From: Paramecium tetraurelia | Taxonomy: Eukaryota | Direction of reading: 5' to 3' | Assembly: GCA_000165425.1 (NCBI GenBank) | Contig: CT868429.1 | Span: 323,337-387,336, forward strand | Length of the DNA stretch: 64,000 nt | Made by a program: the position numbers and the translations under genes | In this document: positions 15,685 to 27,458 of the stretch, one piece after another | Numbering within the stretch: the stretch's first letter is position 1 | How the letters are laid out: every line of letters begins with the position of its first letter | The notes under the pieces: model-generated | Told to the model about the DNA's origin: nothing | Databases searched by the model: none | The model's input: only the letters and a program-made list of their open reading frames with translations

Positions 15685-16900
15685 TCACATTAAATTCAAC
15701 AATTTTTTGAACTCCTTGGTGTATTTATCTGATGTATCGTATTAGTCCCAAATCTGAAAATCTAAGTCTATAATTTGATAATTATCTAATTGTTTCAGAT
15801 GTCTTTTTGTTAAGTATTATCTATTACCTTTGCTACATTAACCAATTTGGAGATTTTCTTAAGACTTCCTTATCTAAATTTTATATAAAATGAGTTGGCC
15901 CATTGCAATTTATTAAAAATTTGTCTTCAACAAAAAAGTCGATTTCATAAATGGCCACTTTCTGCTGATATTTATATTTCAAATTCAATTTTTTTATTAG
16001 TTGTTCGATATTCGATTCGAAAGACGAGATCTTTTTTTCAATAACATCATCCTTGGTTCTAATTAAATTAGGGAAGTTGTCATTCTCGAAGTAATCTACC
16101 GTCATGTTATTTTCCTTTCTATCCAAAAGCATCCTACATATTTAATAGTCTTTGCAAAAGTAATCAAAAAAGGCTCTATATTTATTGTCCTTATTGCACT
16201 AGGGATAATCATACTTCTGCATGATGAGTTCTGGATATAAATTAAACATTAGCTATGTAAACTAATACTAGAATTTCGATAAATAGATATGTTTTTTCGA
16301 ACTCATGAACTTATTTTGCAATATTTCCAATAATTAGAATAGCTTCTCCTCTTAAAAATCACTTAATAAGACTTGATTACTAGCAATGTGAATATGCTAT
16401 ACTAAATCTTGGATCCCAAAAACTTAAGAGCAGATAATGACATTTTTATGCATAAGCTCTGGCCAAAATTGATCTTTTATTCCTAATTTATATAGACAAT
16501 GAGAAATTGACTACAATTGCTTAATTTAAATTTGATCTTATTTACTCTTTAATTGATTGAGAATAAAACAAATTAACTTATCATCGTATAACAGAACGTT
16601 GCTTAGGGTTAAGAATAGTTAAACTAAATTTGAAATATCTAAGGCAGGTTCAAAATTTCTATATTGTCTAAAGCAATTAGCAATCATTTCTTTGATAATG
16701 ACTCCACAATTTCTTCTTTCGTGGAACCCTCCTAAAAATATTATTTTATTAAATAATTCTTAATGAGTTTCCTTCTTCAACATTTCGTTTGAACACAAAA
16801 ATGGAGATTTTAAGAAGTGTTTATACATTAAAATGGGATCTTCAATTTTCAACTATTTGGTTAAAGCTGCTTTGGCGGCATTAAAAATCGGATTCTACAT
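15685..16900 (-). CDS. RAP-domain (FASTK-like) organellar RNA-binding protein
   Basis: Helical repeats followed by YKYQQKVAIYEIDFFVEDKFLINCNGPTHF, the RAP/PD-(D/E)xK-like motif (E-x-D-G-P-x-H variant). Confidence 0.75.
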
Positions 16901-16959
16901 TTGATTATTATTTGATAAAATTTATTTTAACTTGATAACAAAATTTAATATAATATTAA

Positions 16960-18170
16960 TTCATACATTTAGATTTGATATAGGATGGTAAAACTTGGCT
17001 TTTAAAGGGGAGATAAATTTTGGAGAAAAAACAGGCACATATAAATGGGGATCTTCTTACACTATGGTCCTTTGACTAATAAGTGAAAATGATCTTTAAA
17101 AACTATTATTGACTGAGGATGGTTAACCTGAAAGCTATGATTCATTTTCCTCCATAATTATAGATTATTGTAGTTACTCTTAAATATTTTGATGTTCTTT
17201 CTAAGCCTGCTTTCGTTTCCACTCTTCATAATAAGGGTTTACTTTTTTTTGTTATTTTTAAATTATTACAGATTAAGATAATTTTTGTTGATAATTTTAA
17301 GTATCATTTTAGAAGGTACTTTCATCATCTTGCCTATTACTTTAAGTTAAATATGATGGTAAGATATTGTTAGTGCTTGTTTCATTTAATTAATTTTTTT
17401 TCTTATCTAACCAGGCTTAATAAAAAGGACTAATTGATTTTTTTTATGTAGATATAATTTCACTTTAAACTTTCCTATCATCTTTCATTTAGTTTTTTTC
17501 TTACTATAGTTTCAATACTTCAGCCTATTATCTCTTGAGTTCATCAATTTCTGTTTATTTCCAAGTTTAGATCAATTATTTTTGTTTCTATTTCTATAAT
17601 TGTATTATTTCCATTTGACTTGGAATATGTAAAAAATGAGATTTAACACTGCTGGTCATTGATTAATTCAAATTATTCATCGATTGATTAAGTCTGTCTT
17701 CATTATGAGATGGTTTAGGTTTTACAGATTACGACTTTAAAGGTGTTTTTTTGATTGGTTGTGTTTTTGTGTCATTTTAAATTTGTGGTTTTTTGGACAC
17801 AAAAGATGTGGTGAAATTGGTTGATTTAGAATTGAAGATGGATGACTGTTACTTAATTTCTATTATACCACACTTATATTACTATAGAACTTGAAGAGCA
17901 TGTGTACTATGCTTATGTATGGAAGAATTGAAGAATATCTAAAGATTTAATTGAATTTTACATTCTCAAGATCTCTTCCTTTGTAAATATTAAGAGCTGC
18001 TCTCCCCCCAGGATGTCGATCAGCAAAATCTGTCAAATCATAAACTGAGTTGCGATACACATAGAGCAATCTTATTACATCTTTTATAATAATTTATGTT
18101 ACCTATTTGAAGCTTATTGTTCCTTCTAAAAACTTTAAAATGAAGAGAATTTTTAGAGATGTTTGCTCAT
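16960..18170 (-). CDS. Cytochrome b5 heme-binding domain protein with long low-complexity C-terminus (3' end approximate)
   Basis: YRNSVYDLTDFADRHPGGRAALNIYKGRDL...IHKHSTHALQVLQQYKCG carries both heme-ligand His motifs. Confidence 0.8.
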
Positions 18171-18982
18171 AAATTTAATTTAATAATGATAAATTTTATA
18201 AATCTTAATATAATTCAATTATAACTTCATTGTTATTTCTATAGTGCTAATCTTCTTCATTATTAATTCCTTGTTTTTGTTCTCATCTTATCATTTTAAT
18301 AACAACCTTTATATTTTTATATTACTAAATCGAATTTTTTATTTGAATTAATATTATCTTTTTACTTCTAAGTTAAAAGAGACCTTGAATTTTACGACGT
18401 TCAGTTTATAATTATATAATAAACCACTAAATAAATTGAACATGAATTATTATATTAAACCATTTGGTACAATCAAAAGAAAATTATCTCAAATTTGATT
18501 TTATTCATATTTTATAGATAAGTTATTTTTATTCTAAAAATCATTTAAGATTTGAAATAAAATAATCTTGAGATTAGTATTTAGTCAATTTTTTTAATTA
18601 ATTTACCAAATATATCAAACTTGAAACAAGTCTGATGATAAAAAATGTCAGATGTATTAGTATTATCAAATTTAATAAATAATAATCATATTTATTCTTT
18701 AATTTTACTTAGTTCCTCGATGATAGAGATGAAAAAATTATAAAATCAACTTTAAATTTAAAAACATGATTGTTGAATCATATTATATTTTAAGTTTATA
18801 TAAAATGATTACACAATATATATTACATTATAGAAATAGGAATCTCTTAGTTGAATTTTATAGATTTTGTAGTCTTAATTGAGATGGAAATTTATTATTT
18901 ATTAATTTATAAAGAAATGGATTATAATAAAATTAATAATACATCATGTAATTATATTAGTGATCAATAGCAAATATATTTA

Positions 18983-20082
18983 ATGAGTCCTCTTAATTCG
19001 ATTAATCCAGATAAGAAGATGTATAGATTGCTTTAATTTTAAGGTTGTTAATTTTTTAAGAGAACCAAAAGCGTCCAAGAAATTATCATACTAGTATCCA
19101 GTTGTAGAGGAAGCATCTTCATACTGGGATCGATTACTAGCAGGAAGATTAGATTCAATCTCATTAATACCAACAACTAAATGTGCAGTGTTTACTTTGT
19201 TCCTGATATCATTTTATATGGGTTTGTTCGGATTAATTTTGTTTGGAGTCTCTACCAACATAGTAGAAATAAGGATACCTTACGGTGAAGAATGTGATCA
19301 ATAAAGCTTTTGCAACATTACATTCTTTGTAGATGAACTAATGGCCACACCGGTTTATGTGTATTACGAGCTCTCCAACTTCTATTCTAATGATCTAAAG
19401 TTTCTATATATTCTTACTTTTAAGTTTCATTAAGTCTATCAATAAGGATTAGTTAATGGGCTATGACATTGATTAGGAGAAGTATTGTCCCAATGCTTAC
19501 TTGCAATCTCAGATGATTAGATAAAATATCAGTGCTAGTGGCCATCACCTGTATTTTGATAAGGCAAATCCCTGTGGTTTGGCAGCCAAGTACATTTTCA
19601 ATGGTAATGTGAATTGTGATATTCTAAGACACCTTCTATATAATGAACACAGACAAATTGACAATCAATGTAACCAACCTGTTGTTGCCCATGTATAAGA
19701 AGCAATTTAAAAGACATGAATATTACTTCAAGCAGTGGTTAGATGTAGAGAATGGTACAAAAATTAAATTAATTAACTAGAGTAGGTTGAAAGTTGGTTC
19801 ATACCCTAAGTGCATTCAAGTAGATTTATTCTATATGGCATAATAAATGGTAATTTAAATCAAGGAAGTTATAAATTCTATGTGAACAATTAGTATCCAA
19901 TATCAGTTTTTGGAGGAGAGAAGACACTCATACTTTAGAGTGCATCAGAATTGGGAACCAAAGGTTTAACTATAGGTTTAGTGCTTCTTGGAGGTAGTGG
20001 ATTAAGTGCATTATCCTCTCTAATGTTGTTCATGCTAAAGAGAAGTAAATCTAAAACATAGGTATAACAAGAATAAATTTGA
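18983..20082 (+). CDS. CDC50: CDC50/LEM3 P4-ATPase flippase beta subunit
   Basis: Two TM segments around PVYVYYELSNFY, ANPCGLAAKYIFNDTF, YPISVFGGEK. Confidence 0.92.
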
Positions 20083-20119
20083 ATAATATGTTTCATAATT
20101 TATATTTTGTATTCAATAT

Positions 20120-20527
20120 TCATTAAGTAAATATGTAGATCAATATCAATATTCTTGAAAGATGCTGCAGTGGGGCATGATTATTCAAAATATCGCATTA
20201 CTCTTATAAACAATCGACCAAGAGTTTTGCATCATCATTTTACAATTTTGCATATTAAGTACTCACACATTCCCCCAAATATTGGTCAGTATCGTATTTG
20301 AAATCGTCTAAACAAAGAGTCTTACCCTGAACATACAGTCCTAAGCAAATGTCTTTTAATAGGCAATCCTGATATTATTAATAGCATTATTAATTGTACC
20401 CCAGAACATATGTCAAACACTAAATAATAATTAGAGTTAAGAATACTTCTTTCATTTTTGCAACTGACTTAGTTTAACTTAAATTGGTCAATAATCCGAT
20501 CAGCAATAAAACGAAGATTATTTTCAT
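20120..20527 (-). CDS. Small secreted Cys-rich protein with hydrophobic C-terminus (possible GPI anchor), 126 aa
   Basis: Signal peptide MKIIFVLLLIGLL, eight Cys, C-terminal LSRILILIYIFTQ-TGA; 27-nt intron 20420-20446. Confidence 0.7.
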
Positions 20528-20546
20528 ATATTAATTTATAAATACA

Positions 20547-21553
20547 TCATGACTATTCTTAAAATTCTGCATCATCCATCGCTTAGAGTCTTTGAAATAT
20601 ATAAACTTGATTGTAGTTCTAATTTATTGGTTGTATAGGATTGTAATTAAAAATGAGTTTGTTTAAATCTAGACTAAATTTATTAGAATTCATTCTGCAA
20701 GATTGAATAAATTAATAACTATGGATTCTACTAAATTGAATGGCATGAACTGAATGATTGGCAGGGATAGTCCATTCAAATGGGTTTTTCTCTGGGTGAT
20801 ATTAAAACGAGTAAAATGGCATGTTAATCCCATCTGTAGAAGTAATGAATAGTTATCCATCTTCATCAGTTTGTGTTGAAGTGATTCTCAAATATTGCTG
20901 TAAAACAGGAGCAATTTCATATAAACTTGGTGATACTGCATGAATGTGATGATAATAGGCTAAGTTCTCATTTAATGTAGCTTTATATAATTCCTCATTC
21001 ATTTAAGAGTAAAAGTAAGCCTGTCTATAGTTGATATTTACAGGTCTAGTAACTTTGTCATTGCCCTTCACATCAATCAAAAAACTCTATAATTAATATC
21101 TATATATAAATGTACTTCAGAATAGTTGGACAAGATGTAATGCATCACTTCATGTCCTAGACAGATTCCAATGATTGGAAACCATCCACCTTCTTTGTTT
21201 ATTTTCAAAGCTTTGTTTACAAGATAGGCTACTCTCTGTGTATAGAAAGAAGGTCCTTTCAATCCTGTGGACCCTCCTGGTATCAGAATCCCATTGATGT
21301 TTTTAAATATCTCGTCTAATGTTGTGTAATTTGCTTCATAGGGAATGGGAATCACTCTTGCACCTCCTGATTCCAAAAATTTGACATATGACGCAGCTAT
21401 GTAAGTATAGTTTTCACGACCATATTCAGAAAATGTAGAAGGTTGTGTGAAAATTCCAATTACTGGCTATTCTTGAAGTTATTGGCTTGTTGATTACAAC
21501 TAATTATAGGCAATAAGCAAGGCAGAAACTAGAATTGCGATTTTTGTAATCAT
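20547..21553 (-). CDS. GGH: Gamma-glutamyl hydrolase (peptidase C26), secretory/lysosomal
   Basis: Signal peptide; PVIGIFTQP, YIAASYVKFLESGGARVIPI, GICLG (nucleophile Cys), FQYHPEKNPFEW. Confidence 0.95.
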
Positions 21554-21612
21554 TTATAATAATTAATAATAATCTAAGGATTTGTTCAGAATGTAAATAT
21601 ATAAAAATATAA

Positions 21613-24452
21613 ATGAATTAGAAATAATCTGATTTCCTCTCTGTTACGCCCAAAATCTTATCTAGTCGTAGTAGCCAGCCTAGTAAGTATTGATGCGAAA
21701 TTTAGATGAGTAGTTACTTGAGGAGACCTCTCGGAAACCCTCAATATTATTTACTAAATTAGAGAAAGTTCAAGTCTCACATGAACCAAGTGAAAGTGGG
21801 CAATCCAATGAGTCTCAAGATATGCCCCAACGATTTGAACAGGGATTCAAAAATCAGATTTGGAAAGAACGAGCTTTGAATGTCATTGTGTTAGTAGCCA
21901 GATTTGTTACTTACTTGTTGACTAATTCAGACAAATTCAAACTCCGATACTTGGAATTAAGATAATTCAAAGTTATCGGAGATTAGGCATCTGATTATAA
22001 TTATTATTTGACAAGAAGATTAATTAGAGCTAAATCCAAATAGCATTTATGTGTAAGTATGGCTTAGTATTTTATGAGTTTCATCTTAAGCTCTTCTTTA
22101 AGAAGATAGTTTACATCTTTCGCCGGATTGGGATTAGTATCTCGCCTATTACTCCAGATCACACTGTAAAATTGCTTTGGGATCTGTTCGTGTTTACAAT
22201 ACTAATTATCAACATTATATACATTCCACTGAAAATTTCATTTGATATTCAGGGATCAAATGACGGCATTGACTTTTTCCTTGAAACCTTGCCACAATAT
22301 GTATTTATTTGTGAGATTTTATTGAATTTTAATGTTGCTTATTATAGTAGAGGAATTTTGGTGTTAAATTAAGTTCAGATAATAAAACATTATTTAAAAG
22401 GGAAATTCATAACTGATTTTATAGTTTTGATTCCTTTTTTGATTGGGAGATCCAATGTTCCTTACATAGAATTCGTGTTATTGTTGAGAGTTTCAAGAGT
22501 AACTTCACAACTTATTAAAATTTTAGATTATGTTCATTTTTGAAAATTTGGTTGAAACCTTAAATTTGAGAGTCAATTTTGCTGCTGTCATTGATTTAAT
22601 ATCTTTGCTTGCAACCTTTTTGTTTGCGTCTCATCTAATAGCTTGTGTTTGGCATTTCATTGCTGTTCAAGAACACCTTTATCACAATTCAATATACACT
22701 TGGGCAGACAAGGCTCAACTAGATTCTGATTGGGTTAGTAGATATATCACCTCCTTTTATTGGGCTTGTATAACTACCTTAACAATAGGTTATGGTGACA
22801 TAACCCCAGTAATATTCATAACTATTTATTAGGTCACTCAAGTAGAAAAATTGTTTGTGATTTTTGTAACCCTACTAAGTTCAATAATATTTGGTTATAC
22901 AATCTCAAGTATTGGGGCAATATTCACATAAATCTCTGAGAATAAAAACTATCTGAGAGATAAAATGACTATGATTGATTCCTTTATCAAAAGAAGAGGA
23001 TTAAATAAGGAACTCCAAGTAAGAGTAAAGAAATTCTTTGAATACTATTTAAAGACTCAAAAGAACACAGATTTTGAATGTGAAAAACTTATGGAACATT
23101 TATCAGGAACTTTAATCAGAGAAGTCAAAATTGACTTTTACAAATCCCTATTCTTTTAATCAAAACTATTTAGATAAAATTTCTCCGATGAATTTATTTC
23201 AAATCTATGTCTTTTGGTTAAAGAATAAAGTTTTGTACCTGAAGAAGTCATTTTTCAGGAAGGACAACAAGTAGATCGAATGTATTTTATTCTAAAAGGG
23301 GAGGTTGAAGCCAATGTTAGACATAATAAATTAGTTAAGATTTATAAAAGAAGACAAGCAATAGATGAGAAAGGATTCATTTCTTAAAATTGTGCTTAAT
23401 TTACTTCCAGAGCAGTCAAATTCTCCAAACTTGCTTATGTGACCTTTGAAGATGTGTTAAGTTTGCTATAATTAAATAAGGAAGATCTGGAAAAATATTA
23501 TAGAATTAAACATTAAATACAATTTGGAGGAAGGATTAAATTTAGTGGATGCGAACTTTGTTATCAAAATCACATTTTTACAAAGTGTCCTTTTGTCTTT
23601 TACACACCCAACAATATGAGATTATACAAAAAAAAGCATAATTAGGATTAGTAGAACCGATTATTTTAATAAAGAAGAATATCCTAAAAGTTATTTACTC
23701 ATAAATCTATAATTAATTTAAGACTACTTTAAAAGAATGTCTTAGAATATGGAAATTCTACATTTCTGTATTCTGATCTTCTACCTGATTGTGATTTCTT
23801 TTAAATTAATAAAAATGATGAAATTAATTGTTATGGTGATGGTTAATCAATTTCTGAAGAGTCATTGGTTTCACCTGATAACTCAGGAACTTAATTTAAA
23901 CACTAATTTTCATCCTAATCGTAATAGGGTAATTACATGGCTCAATCAATTCAAAAAAATTTGAATAGAATTCAGTAAGAACCTGGAATATCTTCCATGC
24001 GTGTCAAAATTACCAAAAGCACTAAAAAATAGACTGTTAATACATCAAACTAAAAAATTGCTTGTGATGGTGAAGATTTAAAGGAACCTACTTAAGATCT
24101 CAAATTCATTTTAAAGAGATAAAATAGTAGTAGATAATTATTCGATTAATAATTAAAACCCAATAAAGGTATAAACCTTGAACCCACGTAAATTTAATTA
24201 ATCGAAATGGAAATTGTTAAAAATATTTTTGAGGAACATGAACATTAGATAGATTCTATAAAAGAGTTTGAATTTTATGACATAAAATTTAATCTTAGCA
24301 ATATTATCAAAGATCTATTCACAAAAAAAAGGAAAAAAATGATGTTTTAAATTAGTAGAAAACGATAAAAGAAATAATTATTTTGTGTTTTAAACAAAAA
24401 AGATTAAAATTAAAATGCTATCAATAATAGTTTTTGCCAAGCGGATTCATGA
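21613..24452 (+). CDS. Cyclic-nucleotide-binding-domain voltage-gated K+ channel (KCNH/HCN-like ciliate family)
   Basis: S1 KLLWDLFVF, S5 HLIACVW, pore YITSFYWACITTLTIGYGDITP, C-linker and CNBD (FVPEEVIFQEG...MYFILKGEV), CELCYQNHIFTKCP motif. Confidence 0.95.
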
Positions 24453-24600
24453 TTATAAATTAAGATAAGATATGATTTCATTATATAACATTTTCATGAA
24501 CTCAATCTTGTAGATATATTATTTATAAAGAATTTGGGACATATATTTTGATCTTATTTAACAATCATATCAGAATAATCAAACCTAAATCAAAATAAAA

Positions 24601-25740
24601 TCATTTAGCAGAACTAGCCAAGATGGTTTGTACATCTTCTCTACCAAGCAGGGTTTAAAGACGAGTGACATATTATTTATAATCTTCATCTGAAAATGCT
24701 GAATAATACTCAATAGCCTAAATATTATAAAAACTAAGTTACTTATTAATATGAACTCATTAGATTGTTTAAAGAGTTTTTATTGAGATTCTTAGATAGC
24801 TCTATTTCATTTAAACTCATTTATTGCAAAAGGTCATTAATTTAAATGGTCTCAAATTTTTATAACGTAACATCATCTTAATTAAATTTTTTTACGTTTT
24901 AGCCTAATTTATATGAAGTAATTGTGTTTTAAAGTTAATCTAAGTTTGCAGAAGTCAATGTTTAGACAATTAAGCTACCATCGTTCATTTGCCAATTTAA
25001 TAATAAGTTTTTTTAAACTCTCTCAATTTTCTACAAGTTTGCTATGCTATAATAATTTAACAAAATGGATTCTTTGTTTTGGTATTCAAGGTTTAGTAAA
25101 TGACTATCACTAATCAAGATAGTTCTTGGGAATTATTTCCCATTTATTATTTATTTACATTGCAAATATTCGACATTCTCTAAACCAATATTTAAATCAA
25201 ATTCTGAATTCTCTTAATATTTTCCTAATTGTAGCAGATAATCTTTATTATTTCGATTATTAATAATTGCTTCCTAATATTACAATAAACAAAATTACTA
25301 GAAATGGTGGGAACATTTTAACAATTTCATAAAGCAATATTGAAGGACTCCATGGCCCAGAAATAATGTTTTCTAGATAATCTCGACCATCAGACAAGGT
25401 TGGTTTAGTAACCTTAGATTTATTTTTAAAGCTACTTAGCTTAATATATGAACTTTTGGAAAAACAAATGGAAATCTACTATCTAAGTATAATGCAAAAA
25501 TGATGGGTTTTTTTGAATTTAATTAATGAATTGGAGGCATCTCAACCTACTTTAATGAGACAGTTTACAATTATTTATAAATTAGGACTTAATGTTTTTA
25601 GTGTTATTTTAAAATCTTCATTTTTCAATTATGCCAAAGATTGAATTTCTATTATGTTAAATTTGATTACCTTTTTTAATTCGTTTGACTTGTATTTCAT
25701 TTTTGAAGATTTCTGTAATTATACCCTCGGCATTATCCAT
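24601..25740 (-). CDS. Ubiquitin E2 variant (UEV/UBC-like, lacks catalytic Cys) with helical C-terminus
   Basis: LDSRFPFVFPKVHILSQVTKPTLSDGRDYLENIISGPWSPSILLYEIV aligns to the E2 core with Tyr at the catalytic Cys position; ends QAIEYYSAFSDEDYKQYVTRLQTLLGREDVQTILASSAK. Confidence 0.7.
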
Positions 25741-25994
25741 ATTATTAAATATTAAATATAAAAATAAAAATCATAGAATTGATTTTAAAGATGAATAATT
25801 AAAGTTCTCTTTTAAGTTTAAGCCCTCATTTTGATCTATAAATCAAATAAACATACTGAAAATCAATATAATATTTAAATGAATGATACTCAGATTATGA
25901 ACAAATTGTTTCTATAACCAGTGTATAGTTATATATATATATGATATTATAAATAATTACAAAGAGGAATTGGCTTTAAAATAGAAATTTATTT

Positions 25995-26931
25995 ATGAAT
26001 TAAAAAAGATAGCACCAGGAATTTATTGAAAAATTACCTTGGGATGATTATATGCATCATATTCCTATTGTTGGAGCTAGTTTAACTATTATATCAATGA
26101 TATTTGAGTATAACATAGTAGTGGTTACAAATTTGTTGACATCTGGATTATGGATTTACTATTTAGAGAGATCAAAAAGAGATATGTTGAAATATTATAA
26201 ATCTGAGATGCAGGATATTGTGGGTAAAATAATGGAAACTGAGCCTAGAGTTTAAGTGGAGATCAAAAAGTTCAATTCCATTTAAAGAAATACCTAAGCA
26301 TATTTCTAACTTTTTATTTTTACTTTCATCTTTTAGATTTTAGCATTATACATAGCCTATTCAGGAGTCTTAACTTATAAAGTAATTTAATGTTATATAC
26401 TTATAAGAATCCCCTGGATTTAGCATGTTATTCATTGCTTTGTTTATTCATATTTTTATCGAATCGACACTTTGAAAGTAGATACCAATCAGAATACAAT
26501 AGAGAGTTGATGCTTTAGATAAGAGTGTTATAGGGAGGATTGATAGTGTTATCAATTGTGATGTCAAGATATGCAATTCAAAAAATGGATGATTTTTACA
26601 ATTAATTTGTAGCCTTTGGACTATTGCTATGTTCAGCTCTATTTAGTTCTTACACCTTCCATCGATATGGTAAGACGAGCAAAAAATCATTTACTTTACT
26701 TTTGGTAGGGGCAGTGTTTCTTTTTCTTAGTGATGCTTTGAACATTGTCTTGAAAGTGCAGAGGAAGGAATTGTTTGAATTGACAGTAATAAATATATCA
26801 ATAAATAATAGGCTAGTGCAAATGTATTGTACCACGTCGGTTACTATTTTTTGGTGTGGAGCCTCTTTCTTCATGCAAAAGCATATAATGATCATTTTTT
26901 ATTATTACTGAGAATGAAGATGAATATTTGA
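25995..26931 (+). CDS. Multi-pass membrane protein, YhhN/TMEM86 lysoplasmalogenase-like
   Basis: Several hydrophobic segments; GAVFLFLSDAL and LYHVGYYFL resemble YhhN motifs; two 26-nt introns. Confidence 0.5.
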
Positions 26932-26955
26932 ATTAAAATCTTTATTTAATTAAAA

Positions 26956-27391
26956 ATGGTTGTCAAATCACTTGCTCACAAAAAAATTGTACATAAGAGA
27001 ACAAAGAGATTTGTTAGATTTGAATCTGAGGACTATCCACACAAATTGAGACCAAGTTGGAGAAGACCAAGAGGTATTGATAACAGAGTCAGAAGAAGAT
27101 TCAGAGGTAATAGACCTATGCCAAAATCAGGATATAGAAGCGATAAAAAAACAAGGTATATAAACATAAAATCAATATAGATATTTAGACTAATCTGGTT
27201 TCAGAAAATTATTAATCACTAACGAAAAGGATCTTGAATTATTGCTTACTAATAACAGAACATTTGCAGGTGAATTGGCTCATAATCTCTCTGCCAGAAA
27301 AAGAGCAACTCTTGTTAGAAGAGCTGCTGAACTCAATGTAAGATTGACAAATGGCAAAGGTAAGGTAAGAGCAGAAGAAAAGAAAGAATGA
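26956..27391 (+). CDS. RPL32: 60S ribosomal protein eL32
   Basis: [18 protein letters not shown]...[17 protein letters not shown]; 25-nt intron 27156-27180; 136 aa. Confidence 0.98.
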
Positions 27392-27458
27392 TTTCATTTG
27401 CCCAATATAAGAAACATATATATTAAATTATATATATAAATAATATAATTATTTAAAG

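Noticed and set aside
18630..18790. TGATGA box C-like motif and short inverted repeats suggesting a snoRNA
   Set aside because: No properly placed CTGA box D with terminal stem and no rRNA-complementary guide identified
25393..25407. TAAACCAACCTTGTC on the minus strand resembles the Tetrahymena chromosome breakage sequence
   Set aside because: Matches only the first 11 positions, lies in a coding exon (TKPTLS), and the window looks like Paramecium, which is not known to use this motif
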